A stretch of DNA of 62,696 nucleotides, from the IMG/VR virus record IMGVR_UViG_3300045988_140792, positions 1 to 62,696 of that record, one strand, 5' to 3'. The position numbers were made by a program, and so were the translations under genes. This DNA comes from a virus. This document shows positions 16,948-26,510 of this stretch, piece after piece. Numbering within the stretch: the stretch's first letter is position 1; each line of letters begins with the position of its first letter. The notes beneath the pieces were generated by a model. That model made no database searches. It saw nothing but the letters and a program-made list of their open reading frames with translations, and had not been told where the DNA came from.

Positions 16948-17322
16948 CTACTTGTTTCTTTTCAGTCTTTTCTTGATAAACTCTCTAACGTCCCATTTTT
17001 TGAAGAAATGAGAATGGTCCCCAGCGTTCCCCACGCTTTCCAGCTCCCCATCAGCGATAGCCCTTCTTAGGGTAGATTCGCTGATATGCGCCTCCTTCTT
17101 CACCTGCCCGGCAGTCATATAAGGATTCAGCATGAATGGAATCTGTTCACAAAGATTGTCCAAATCATCATCGCTCATACCGCAAGCCGTAACCTTCTCC
17201 CCATTCTTCTGCTGCTCTGCAGCCTTGAAGCAAGCATCGCTCATCGCCTTCAACGCATTTCCCAGGGTCTCATAATTCAACAATTTTTTCATAATTCTCC
17301 AATTTTCTCCGTTATTCTCCAA
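16948..17322 (-). CDS. Helix-turn-helix DNA-binding protein (excisionase/MerR-like HTH at the C-terminus)
   Basis: MTAGQVKKEAHISESTLRRAIADGELESV fits an HTH_17-like pattern. Confidence 0.5.
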   Translation of the reverse strand: MENNGENWRIMKKLLNYETLGNALKAMSDACFKAAEQQKNGEKVTACGMSDDDLDNLCEQIPFMLNPYMTAGQVKKEAHISESTLRRAIADGELESVGNAGDHSHFFKKWDVREFIKKRLKRNK

Positions 17323-17358
17323 AAATCTCTATTATTCTCCTATTATCTCCAGCAATCT

Positions 17359-17865
17359 CTATGCGAAGAATTTTCTACCCATCTTCGTCTTATTGATAAT
17401 CATATCAGAAAAGCCATAGAGATAAAACATACCTGTTACAATCATAACAGTATAGCAAGAATCAACCATAGCATTGGTAGTGTACCAGCTCCACTCCACT
17501 ATATGTGCAGCATTAATGCCGAAGAAATAGAAGAAAGGAATACGATACCACCAGCACAAAAAGAAAAATCTACTAGCCAAAATTGTCACCATCGGAAGAA
17601 TATAAACCATAAAATAAATGAAGAGATAACATGGCAAATTTTCTTCGTGAGGAACAAACATTTCTTTGGGATGATGAGAAAAGTCCCAGATACCATAAGC
17701 GTGAAAGAACATAAGGCTTATGGGCATATACTTGCAGTACCACCGGAAGAACTTTAAGATTCTTCTGGAATATCTGTTGCCATGCTTCATAAGCATTCCC
17801 ATCAGTTCTGTAACATCTACGTCCTTTATCAACCGTTGGACTTCGGCTTCTTGTTCTTGTGTCAT
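17359..17865 (-). CDS. Multi-pass membrane protein
   Basis: 168 aa with 4-5 hydrophobic helices in an AT-rich setting. Confidence 0.5.
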   Translation of the reverse strand: MTQEQEAEVQRLIKDVDVTELMGMLMKHGNRYSRRILKFFRWYCKYMPISLMFFHAYGIWDFSHHPKEMFVPHEENLPCYLFIYFMVYILPMVTILASRFFFLCWWYRIPFFYFFGINAAHIVEWSWYTTNAMVDSCYTVMIVTGMFYLYGFSDMIINKTKMGRKFFA

Positions 17866-18041
17866 AGAAAAACCTCCTTTTGTCTATAGTTAATTGTTCA
17901 TATGTCCTTATAAAATTAAAATCTGTGGCAAAATTACAACTTTTTTGCTCAAACCAATTCATTTTGAGCAAAATTTTAAAGTTAAACTTTACTAAAGTAA
18001 CAATCTGTAAGCAACAATCGCAAATTCATCATATATAAAAT

Positions 18042-18071
18042 AAGGTGTAGCTCCATCAAGAGTTACACCTT
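18042..18071 (-). terminator. Hairpin downstream of the methyltransferase gene
   Basis: AAGGTGTA ... TACACCTT 8-bp stem followed by a T-rich tract on the minus strand. Confidence 0.45.
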
Positions 18072-18077
18072 ATTATA

Positions 18078-18680
18078 TTATATCCACTTGATGACTGTAT
18101 CACCATGAAAACCTTTCTTCCAAACAAACCAAGCATAGCTAACAGCACTGCCTCCTCCGTCCTTCATTCTCTGAAACTCTCCATTCTTGGCGCAAAGCAC
18201 TCTTCGTGAGAATTGCAGCACATACTGAGGAGGATGCTTGCTAAATAGCTCATCATACCTCTTTTGTCCTTCTAGAAAGGTAGTCTTCAAGAACATGATG
18301 CAAAGTCCATCATCAGGAAGAAGCTCCAAGCTGTGCTTAATGAAATCCAGGGCATACTTGTATGGCGGATTGGTGAGGATGCAAGTACAATCGTTCGGCA
18401 GTTCGGTAGTTTCCAAGAAATCTCTTACCTTCCCATAGCCTCTGTCCACAAGGTCGGTGGAGATTACTTCATGCCCGAAGTCCATCAGTCGGTCAGATAA
18501 GCACCCTGTACCACAAGCACACTCCCAAATCTTACGAGGAAGTTGTATAACTGTCACCAGTTTATCAATGGCGATAGGGTCAGTAGCGTAAAAGTCATTA
18601 CTCTCACGTTCTTTGTCCGTGTGGTTGGATGCTCCCAAAGTCACGAACATACTCTTTCTATTTCCTGTCCAATCCTTCAT
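18078..18680 (-). CDS. DNA methyltransferase with an NPPY motif (N6-adenine type, possibly N4-cytosine)
   Basis: SAM-binding loop ECACGTGCLS and catalytic ILTNPPYKY. Confidence 0.75.
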   Translation of the reverse strand: MKDWTGNRKSMFVTLGASNHTDKERESNDFYATDPIAIDKLVTVIQLPRKIWECACGTGCLSDRLMDFGHEVISTDLVDRGYGKVRDFLETTELPNDCTCILTNPPYKYALDFIKHSLELLPDDGLCIMFLKTTFLEGQKRYDELFSKHPPQYVLQFSRRVLCAKNGEFQRMKDGGGSAVSYAWFVWKKGFHGDTVIKWI

Positions 18681-18686
18681 AAGCTA

Positions 18687-19025
18687 CTATCCAAGTACTT
18701 CTTTGATTTTCTGCTCTACATACTCATCCGAAGCCATCTTGGCTATGCTCTCCTTGATGTCGATTGGAGGAATCTCAGTTCCAAACTCGTCCATCTTTGC
18801 ACTGCACATTGCCGTAACAATCTTAAGCCAAGAAGACTTCTCCAAAACTGCCAAGCCCTCCTTGTGAAGCTTAAAGGCTTTTCTTAACTCTCCGTTATCA
18901 CGGAAGTATCTCAACACTTCAACCAATGCACCGACAAAGCGTTTATCCTGCATCGGATTGTCTTTGATTTCCTCCAACTTATTCATTAGGAATAGCAAGG
19001 AGGCATGCAAATCTTCTTTTTCCAT
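18687..19025 (-). CDS. Hypothetical protein
   Basis: 112-aa ORF. Confidence 0.5.
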   Translation of the reverse strand: MEKEDLHASLLFLMNKLEEIKDNPMQDKRFVGALVEVLRYFRDNGELRKAFKLHKEGLAVLEKSSWLKIVTAMCSAKMDEFGTEIPPIDIKESIAKMASDEYVEQKIKEVLG

Positions 19026-19090
19026 ATTGCTTTATTTTTATGGCGAGGAGAAAAATCCCCTCGCCTTTTGTTGTTTCTAAAGTCAGCGAC

Positions 19091-22051
19091 TTAGAGTTCT
19101 TCTTGAACAGTAGTCCATTCTGGAGTAACTATAACATTTCCATTTGGCATAGTAAATGTATAGTAAACTCTTTCTGTACCATCTAATATTGTGTTACTTC
19201 TTCTTGTGGAAATAATTACATCACCACTTGCTTTTGATACAGACACATTATTAATAGCATATCCTTTTGAAGGATTGCATCTTATTGTAACGATACCATT
19301 TTCGACCCAAAGAATATTTGGTGTTTCAATAGTTCCTCCGCTCTTCTGATTGAGAGTAATATTATGAGTGTTCCCTGTAATTGCGTCTTCTCCAAATGAC
19401 TGTAAAAACCTATTGGCTATACTTAAATGTCCAACATCATTTGGATGAAGATAAGCATCTTTAATCGGATAATAGCTAGACTCCCTACCATAATAGTAAT
19501 CACCCTTTTTCCAAATTGTTGCTTTATTTACTTCTTTACTATATAAACCGACACAATCTGTATAATTGACACCATAAACATTTGAGCAAGCTTCTCTTAT
19601 AGCTTTTTCTGTATCCTTATATATCCAGCTACCTGTACAGAATATTCTTGCTTTTGGAGCAGCAGTTTTCAGATAGTTCAGCATTGCTTCCCAACTTTCT
19701 TTCATTGTGTCACCATATATAGCATTATCAGCTAAATATACACAGATAACATCATAATCATCTTGTACATTCCATTTAGACGCAAAATCGTAGTCTGGAG
19801 AATAATTTCTTTCAAATTCAATGCCTACTTTTATATCAACACTACAATTTAGTTTTGACTTAATAAATTCAGTCCATTGATGAGTATTAATACTAGGAGC
19901 CATTGCTCTATTTTCTCCATCGTCGAGATACCAGTTTACAGAAGGTGAATTTGTATACTTAACAAAACTATGTCCTATTACAAGCATCTTCTCTATCTTT
20001 GTTGACTGCAAAACAATACTTCCGTTTGAAACTTTTAATTTATATTTTTTATTCGTTACATCGTCTATGTAAATTTTATCATTTGCTATTTGCGACTGAA
20101 TGTTTACTATTTTTTTCTCTAAACTTTCAGTATTTTCTTTGTAAGAAAATATACTATTCACGTTAATATAGCTTAAATAAAAATAAGAGAAACCTCTATC
20201 TGTATAGGAAGACAATTCTGTATTCAAATCCGTTGTGTATTTAACAATTTTACTATCATCATAAGTATCATTAGATAAACCACACAAGACTTTACTTTCA
20301 GATAAATTGTGCATTTTAACAAAAAGCATTTCTCCTTCCTTGGCAACAATTTTGATGTTTTTTAAATCAAAATAAATTTTGCCAGATTCAACTCTTGAGA
20401 TAGGTGCCATAAAAGAAATTCTTGGCAAAAGCCAATTTCTTTGGTCTATTGTTCCTATAATAAACTCAAAAGACTCACCGATATGTTTAGATAATGCCTG
20501 ATAACACGAGATTGCAAATTCTTTTAAAACACAATCAGCATTAAATGGTATATCCAAACCTATATACATAGAATTTGAATTAACATAACTAGTGATTTTA
20601 CCATTCATTAATAATGAGGATAATTTGGCATCTATTGTTGAATTAATATTATTAAATTCTGTATATGAAGAAGACGTTGCTCCATACAAGACGTCAACAT
20701 CCATCTCCAAAGATGTAATTTCGTCAGTATAGCTCAAATACAAAGTCAGTGTATCAGTGTCTTTGTCTAAAATAACAGTATTTTCTCCATTATCATTTAA
20801 ACTCATTAATGGTGTGCTGGCATCATATATAGCTATATTGTGCTTTGCATCTTTAGAACCTTTCACGGAATAATTTGAAATTATAAATGTGATAGGCTGT
20901 CCAGCTTTATAGTCAAAAGGAAGTTCTATTTTTCTTGTTTCTTTTGAACTAATATGTGAAGCGAATCTGTAACCACCAATTAAATCAACTCTATTTTTTG
21001 TTGTAGCAGATGCCTGCGCATCTATTGATATACAAATATCTGCGCTAAATGATGTGACTGCTTCATTATAGGATAAAACTACAGTTATAAAATCCGTATC
21101 AGAAGGAATGATAATATTATCATGAGCGTCTTCTGGTTTTTTAGTATATAACTTTGTATTACTAGAGTCGAATATATTTAAGTTATACGCACTTCCATTT
21201 GTTTTCTCAACAGAAAAATTTGTGCATGCAAAAGATATTACATCACCCGATTTGAACTTTTTATTAATCTTGTATGTTTTATCAGAATAAGTTAAAGTAA
21301 ATCTTTCTGGGTATGTCAATTTACTGTTTGCATTTTCTATATGTTTTTCTATTTGTGTGGATACATTACTTAATTTTTCTTGTGTTTTTTGCAAATTATT
21401 GTAATCTTCTCCTAATTTTTCTATTTTTACATCTACAGATACAAATGTATTTTTATTATCCACTTTTTCTCCTATAAAAACATCAAAAGTTTCTATATCA
21501 TTGGTAAATTCATATATACTATATTTTGAATCTCCTTCCTTTAAATTGTTTACAACAAATTCATTTGCTAAACCTTTGCTAGAAACCGCAATAATAGGAG
21601 AGTCATCACCAGATTCTATCTTTATATTATCACAAGTTATTCTGATTCTGTCTCCTGCTCTAAATTTACCTTTTATATTAGTGGTTTTTCTATTATCACT
21701 AGACACTGTGAATACATCGACTAATTTAGATAAGTCGCTGACTTTGGAACCCACCTCATCAATGGCTTCCTGCACGTTTCCGGCCTCCAGTCCGCTGGTC
21801 TCGTTATTGTACACGACTTTTCTTGCGGCTGAAACGTTTCCAACCGCAATACAAAGCCACTTGTCCATGTTGATGTTCTCAACGGCACCGTCCGCTCCCA
21901 TCTGGGCAGGAGCGGAAGTATTGCCATCTATCTTGCTTTGATAGGTTGAGCCAAGCATGGTTACCTGGTTCAACCGCTGATAGGTAGTACCTTTTTGGTA
22001 CTCACCTTTCATGATTGGTATCTTACCGATATTTTGCTTTGTTGTTGCCAT
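19091..22051 (-). CDS. Tail fiber / receptor-binding protein with an SGNH (GDSL-like) esterase domain
   Basis: Fiber-like N-terminus; three ~100-aa tandem modules; SGNH-like blocks VIGHSF (~19970), LADNAIYG and LHPNDVGH (~19430); a C-terminal beta-repeat-like domain. Confidence 0.7.
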   Translation of the reverse strand: MATTKQNIGKIPIMKGEYQKGTTYQRLNQVTMLGSTYQSKIDGNTSAPAQMGADGAVENINMDKWLCIAVGNVSAARKVVYNNETSGLEAGNVQEAIDEVGSKVSDLSKLVDVFTVSSDNRKTTNIKGKFRAGDRIRITCDNIKIESGDDSPIIAVSSKGLANEFVVNNLKEGDSKYSIYEFTNDIETFDVFIGEKVDNKNTFVSVDVKIEKLGEDYNNLQKTQEKLSNVSTQIEKHIENANSKLTYPERFTLTYSDKTYKINKKFKSGDVISFACTNFSVEKTNGSAYNLNIFDSSNTKLYTKKPEDAHDNIIIPSDTDFITVVLSYNEAVTSFSADICISIDAQASATTKNRVDLIGGYRFASHISSKETRKIELPFDYKAGQPITFIISNYSVKGSKDAKHNIAIYDASTPLMSLNDNGENTVILDKDTDTLTLYLSYTDEITSLEMDVDVLYGATSSSYTEFNNINSTIDAKLSSLLMNGKITSYVNSNSMYIGLDIPFNADCVLKEFAISCYQALSKHIGESFEFIIGTIDQRNWLLPRISFMAPISRVESGKIYFDLKNIKIVAKEGEMLFVKMHNLSESKVLCGLSNDTYDDSKIVKYTTDLNTELSSYTDRGFSYFYLSYINVNSIFSYKENTESLEKKIVNIQSQIANDKIYIDDVTNKKYKLKVSNGSIVLQSTKIEKMLVIGHSFVKYTNSPSVNWYLDDGENRAMAPSINTHQWTEFIKSKLNCSVDIKVGIEFERNYSPDYDFASKWNVQDDYDVICVYLADNAIYGDTMKESWEAMLNYLKTAAPKARIFCTGSWIYKDTEKAIREACSNVYGVNYTDCVGLYSKEVNKATIWKKGDYYYGRESSYYPIKDAYLHPNDVGHLSIANRFLQSFGEDAITGNTHNITLNQKSGGTIETPNILWVENGIVTIRCNPSKGYAINNVSVSKASGDVIISTRRSNTILDGTERVYYTFTMPNGNVIVTPEWTTVQEEL

Positions 22052-22061
22052 ATAATTAATT

Positions 22062-22349
22062 TTATGAAATTTCTTGTTCTATGATTACGTTCCCATCCTC
22101 ATCCGTTTCCACCGACTTGATAGTCGTGTCTTGCCCTAGGATAGCATTCAGTTCACCTGTATCATCGTCAAACTCTATGGCTAGAAGATTTCTGTTCAGC
22201 TTTTTGTCGAGTTCATCGTTAATCTCCGACTGATATTTCTGCTTATCCTCATCAAAGATTTCATCGGCAACGGTGGTAACATGGTCTTTGGCAATGCTGT
22301 GTAGGGCATTGCCAATGTTTCCTTTTGCTATTTTTAATTTTTCAGCCAT
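22062..22349 (-). CDS. Hypothetical protein (acidic)
   Basis: 95-aa ORF between two fiber-like genes. Confidence 0.5.
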   Translation of the reverse strand: MAEKLKIAKGNIGNALHSIAKDHVTTVADEIFDEDKQKYQSEINDELDKKLNRNLLAIEFDDDTGELNAILGQDTTIKSVETDEDGNVIIEQEIS

Positions 22350-22364
22350 ATTTACTTATATTTT

Positions 22365-23603
22365 TTAGTTCGCTTGAACGTTCAAGGTCGTACCATTCAT
22401 GTAAACAGCACCACTCTTATACATGTAGTAGTCCTTACCATTGATAGTGACGGAAGAAATCTCCATCACGAAAGGAGCACCACCCATCGTGAAGTTGGTA
22501 AGTTTCGGAAGAGTCTTAGGCGCAAGGATGATGAAGTTAACATCGTCCTTTGCCGAAGTCTTTGCGTAAGTTCCACTAGCAGACAGACGAGGCGAAAGCT
22601 TATTGGCTGCAATAGCTATGTCCGTTTCCGTTGTACCGAAGCCGTAGTAGATAGGCAACACCATTGTCACTTTACTCGATGCCGACTTTACGAGGTCGCC
22701 ATGCTTTGCGGTGAGGATGATTTGCGTTTCTCCCTCCTTATTCACCTTGATAGTAACTGTATCTGCTTGCTTTACATCAATACTAACAAGAGAACCATCA
22801 ACAGACAGAGCCAATGCTGTAGGCGTGACTGGCGAACCTTTGCGCTTGATAGAGTAAGTAGCTTTGATGCTTTGCTCACTACCAGTATATTCTAGCAAAG
22901 GCTTGTCAAGGGATAAAGACACCTCTAGCGGAAAGACCGTATTTTGCAGCTCTGTAAGATTATCCGTAACAACCTTCTGGCTCATAACCTTATCTGTAGC
23001 CGTCCCTGTTTCCTGAACAACAGAAACTTTGTCAAACTTCTTGGCAAGTTCCGTGTTCATCGTTTCCTTATCAGCTTTCTTAGATAAAGCCTCATCCACA
23101 TCGGTCGTATTAGCCTTGCGATTGATGGCATCCGTAATCGCCTTCTGGCTCACAAGCATAGTTGTGCTAGCACCCAATTCCTGTGCAACGGAAATAAGAC
23201 TCTGCACAGTCCAAGATTTACCGTCCTCGGTCAGCAGCACATTGATGCCCTGGGCTACATCTTGATTTCCGAAGTTAGCATATTTTCCACCTTGCAGCGC
23301 AAAATAAAACACCTTTGCAGCCGTAGTATCAGGCACGGTATCAGCAGTAGCCACCCCCATATAGGTACTACCCTTGATGGTCTTGAAATGTTCGATGATA
23401 TTGGTGATAAGCTCATCCCAGTAGCTATCCCTCTGAGCGTTCACGCACCAAGTTCCTCTGTCCGCATTCCAGTAATGCGCCCAACCATCAATAGCCACAT
23501 AGTCACCTTCCACGCCTCCCGAAGGAAACTTTTGGTTCACCTCGTAGATACTACCAAACTCCCCCTTGTAGTGAGGACTCGTTTTGTCTATATCATTAGC
23601 CAT
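22365..23603 (-). CDS. Tail fiber/spike-like structural protein
   Basis: 412 aa, with a short coiled segment (NTTDVDEALSKKADKETMNTELAKKFDK) and a beta-rich C-terminus. Confidence 0.5.
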   Translation of the reverse strand: MANDIDKTSPHYKGEFGSIYEVNQKFPSGGVEGDYVAIDGWAHYWNADRGTWCVNAQRDSYWDELITNIIEHFKTIKGSTYMGVATADTVPDTTAAKVFYFALQGGKYANFGNQDVAQGINVLLTEDGKSWTVQSLISVAQELGASTTMLVSQKAITDAINRKANTTDVDEALSKKADKETMNTELAKKFDKVSVVQETGTATDKVMSQKVVTDNLTELQNTVFPLEVSLSLDKPLLEYTGSEQSIKATYSIKRKGSPVTPTALALSVDGSLVSIDVKQADTVTIKVNKEGETQIILTAKHGDLVKSASSKVTMVLPIYYGFGTTETDIAIAANKLSPRLSASGTYAKTSAKDDVNFIILAPKTLPKLTNFTMGGAPFVMEISSVTINGKDYYMYKSGAVYMNGTTLNVQAN

Positions 23604-23609
23604 ATCTTG

Positions 23610-24335
23610 TTATATTTGTGATAATTGGTTATACTTCTCGCCCAGGTCACTCTCCTTCTTACTTATCAAGAAGATGGAGATGGAACGATAAATGAGATAC
23701 TTCTTGCACTCGTCAGTCAAGGCTAGGATGATTTTCTGGCCTGTCACCGTTTTCCCATCCTTTTCAAGCACATCCTTCACCTTTTGGTAAGGAACGTAAG
23801 TGAACAGCTCCACTTCATGGTCATACACCTTATTGGTAGGCGTATCATGGTTAGCAGAATACCGTCCAGCTGTCCAGTACATCAGTACTCGCTTTCCTGT
23901 AGTAGGCGAAACGGTTATCATGCCCTTCGGCTTCTGCGGTGTCCCCCTAGTCCATCGAGAGGCTTGCATCTGAGCCTCCTTGCTTCCTGGGTCCATCAAT
24001 GCCACCAACGAAGAAGACCAACTTTTCAGCCTCAGCTCTACGAGCCTCAGCCAATCGTCTGGTATCACCAGGCTACCATGCCCATCGGTGTATTGCGTCT
24101 GAATGGCATCGTAATCTTGCTTACCGCTTTCATTCAGTGAAGCCACTACTCTTTGGGGCTGTAGCATCTGCGGTGGTGCTTGCAGCAATAGCTGCTGTGC
24201 TGCTGTCTCGATAGCTTGTTTCATTTCCTCGTCCGAATCATCGGCAAAGACATCATTCAGCTCATCGTGCTTCACCTCGTCCAGCGCAAGCCTCATTTCC
24301 TTTACAAGGTCACTCATAAGAACTTCCATAAGCAA
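23610..24335 (-). CDS. Hypothetical structural protein (head-tail joining region)
   Basis: 241-aa ORF. The call rests on its position between the capsid and fiber genes. Confidence 0.5.
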   Translation of the reverse strand: MLMEVLMSDLVKEMRLALDEVKHDELNDVFADDSDEEMKQAIETAAQQLLLQAPPQMLQPQRVVASLNESGKQDYDAIQTQYTDGHGSLVIPDDWLRLVELRLKSWSSSLVALMDPGSKEAQMQASRWTRGTPQKPKGMITVSPTTGKRVLMYWTAGRYSANHDTPTNKVYDHEVELFTYVPYQKVKDVLEKDGKTVTGQKIILALTDECKKYLIYRSISIFLISKKESDLGEKYNQLSQI

Positions 24336-24368
24336 GAAACCTATTAACTATAAATTATAAACTATAAA

Positions 24369-24821
24369 CTAAAACTCAATCACCATGCCAAGCTCCTTAG
24401 CCTTCTCCTTCACCTGCTCAGGTGATTTCAGTTTCCTTACATCCACCTTGAAGGACTTCTGGAGATAGTTCTTTGCCTTGGTGATATTCTCGAAGCGAAG
24501 GGCGTTATCGTCCATCAAGTCCATCGCCTTCCCTATTACCTCATCAAGAGCTTTCTTTGGCTCTGGTTCAGGTTCGCTCTCATCCTTGATGCGTCCAGCC
24601 TTGGTTAACGGATGCTTTCTGATGCAGTCAGCCACCTGTTTGTTGTCCGTGAGGTAAGAATAAGCACTGTTACTGCACCTCTCAAACTCCACGCTCTTCA
24701 CAAGTCCGCTAGGCAGAGTCACCACAAAGATGAGCATACTGTTTGCTACAAATCTATACATATCTTTTGTGTTTATGGGTGAAGGGATAGCGAAGCCTAG
24801 TCCGAGGGCTATTGTTCCCAT
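24369..24821 (-). CDS. Hypothetical structural protein
   Basis: 150-aa ORF immediately downstream of the capsid gene. Confidence 0.5.
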   Translation of the reverse strand: MGTIALGLGFAIPSPINTKDMYRFVANSMLIFVVTLPSGLVKSVEFERCSNSAYSYLTDNKQVADCIRKHPLTKAGRIKDESEPEPEPKKALDEVIGKAMDLMDDNALRFENITKAKNYLQKSFKVDVRKLKSPEQVKEKAKELGMVIEF

Positions 24822-24886
24822 CTAGAGCCTCAACTATCCCCGAGTTTTGATATATGTTAGAAAACTATCAGTTCCCTTTGCGATGT

Positions 24887-26455
24887 TTAAGCTGACTCCA
24901 AAATCTGCTCATCGGTCACACCGTCCTCTGTGAAGGTAGGGCGAGATACACGAGCATGGGCATCTGGGAATGTCAGAACCCAACAGCTATATTCCTCCAT
25001 TACCACACCTGCGGTGTTGCGAATCAGCAAGTCCTTGGCATTAAACTCTCTTCGTGTCCAAGTTCCGAATACATACTTGTCGAGATAACGAGCATCCAAG
25101 CAGAAGGCTCTACCATCCATGCCCCAACTGTTGAAGGCATCGTGGCGATAGATGAGAATCTTAGTTCCCATGCTCTCAAACTTCTCGAAGTCGAGCTTCC
25201 ATCCCTGGTAGTCCTTTTCCGTCTGCGTGATGATGCGCTTATTGCTACGAAGGTTAGCAAATGCCTGATAAATCAAGTTGTCCACGAAGAGCAACTTGGT
25301 ACGGCTAGAGTTACCTGCACCCTTCAACATGGATGCAATAAACTGGGTCAGCTCCTTCTCGCTAATCACATATTCATATACCTGCTTCTTCTCAACCTTT
25401 GTACCGCTAGAACCATCAGGAACGGTTACATCGTGTGTTACAGGAACTAGAGTGCCATCGGCTTGTCTAAACATCTTTGGCTCCCAGTGTCCAATCTGCA
25501 AATCCTTACCAGCTTCCCAGAAGATGCCACCCATGGTATAAACAAGACCTACATCCTTGCCACCATTCGACATAGAGCGATAGCCAAACAGTCCGCTCAG
25601 CTCCTGACCTTGGCGCATATCGTCCATAGCCATCTTCTCTTGGCGAGTGAAGTCCCACTGTACCTGTGTCTTGCTCATACGGTCGATAAGAGACTCCTCC
25701 ACCTGCATGATGAATCGCTGGCAATACTGGAAGCTCTTGTCTGGCATAGAGTAGTAGCTGCCAGTCTCTACCTCTTTTTCACCTGCGGCTCGTCCCAGTC
25801 GCATTACTACAGTGCCTACTGCAATATCCTCTGGAATGTCACGATTACCACGACTGGCGTTCTTCTTACCGTTCAGTGCATAGCAAGTTGGGTTGCCATC
25901 ATTATCAACATCAGTAACACGCAACTGCAAAGGAATCAAAGTACTTCGGTCTGTACCATTGTCCTGATAGCCTAGACTGCTATTAATCATCAGGATGTCA
26001 CCTACACCGAATACTGTAGGATTCTCCACCTTCAAGGTCACAGAGCCACCACTTGTGGTTTTAGCCAACTTCTCCGTCAGCTTGGTTTTGATTGGTCGCT
26101 GACCGATGGAATAATACTCGATGCGGTTGCTAGTCACAGGAGTCATACGTTTCGATGCTCGAAGAATCTGGTCGATTGGACAACTCTCCAGCTTCATTTC
26201 CACCACGGTAGGGTTCACATGAGCCACATAGTAGTCCCAGTTGCTCATCTTCTCCTGTTGCTCTTGGCTTCCACCCTGCCACTTTGGACCCGTGCCACCT
26301 ACGCCTGGACCATCCGTTGGACCTGTAGGACCACCGCCACCTTCACCTGCTGGAATATTAGGAGGAGTTTCTGCCATAGCATAAGAGCTGCCACCACTCA
26401 GAATCATGACGAAAATCGCCATCATGAATCCAAACCATTTCTTAAACTGTTTCAT
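24887..26455 (-). CDS. Major capsid protein candidate (HK97-fold type)
   Basis: 522-aa ORF directly after the scaffold-like gene, with a sequence style typical of phage major capsid families. An alternative start lies at 26248 (MSNWDYY). Confidence 0.65.
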   Translation of the reverse strand: MKQFKKWFGFMMAIFVMILSGGSSYAMAETPPNIPAGEGGGGPTGPTDGPGVGGTGPKWQGGSQEQQEKMSNWDYYVAHVNPTVVEMKLESCPIDQILRASKRMTPVTSNRIEYYSIGQRPIKTKLTEKLAKTTSGGSVTLKVENPTVFGVGDILMINSSLGYQDNGTDRSTLIPLQLRVTDVDNDGNPTCYALNGKKNASRGNRDIPEDIAVGTVVMRLGRAAGEKEVETGSYYSMPDKSFQYCQRFIMQVEESLIDRMSKTQVQWDFTRQEKMAMDDMRQGQELSGLFGYRSMSNGGKDVGLVYTMGGIFWEAGKDLQIGHWEPKMFRQADGTLVPVTHDVTVPDGSSGTKVEKKQVYEYVISEKELTQFIASMLKGAGNSSRTKLLFVDNLIYQAFANLRSNKRIITQTEKDYQGWKLDFEKFESMGTKILIYRHDAFNSWGMDGRAFCLDARYLDKYVFGTWTRREFNAKDLLIRNTAGVVMEEYSCWVLTFPDAHARVSRPTFTEDGVTDEQILESA

Positions 26456-26510
26456 AATCTACATTTTTTTAACTATTAATTATTAACTATAAATTCTTAA
26501 TTGATAAGAG

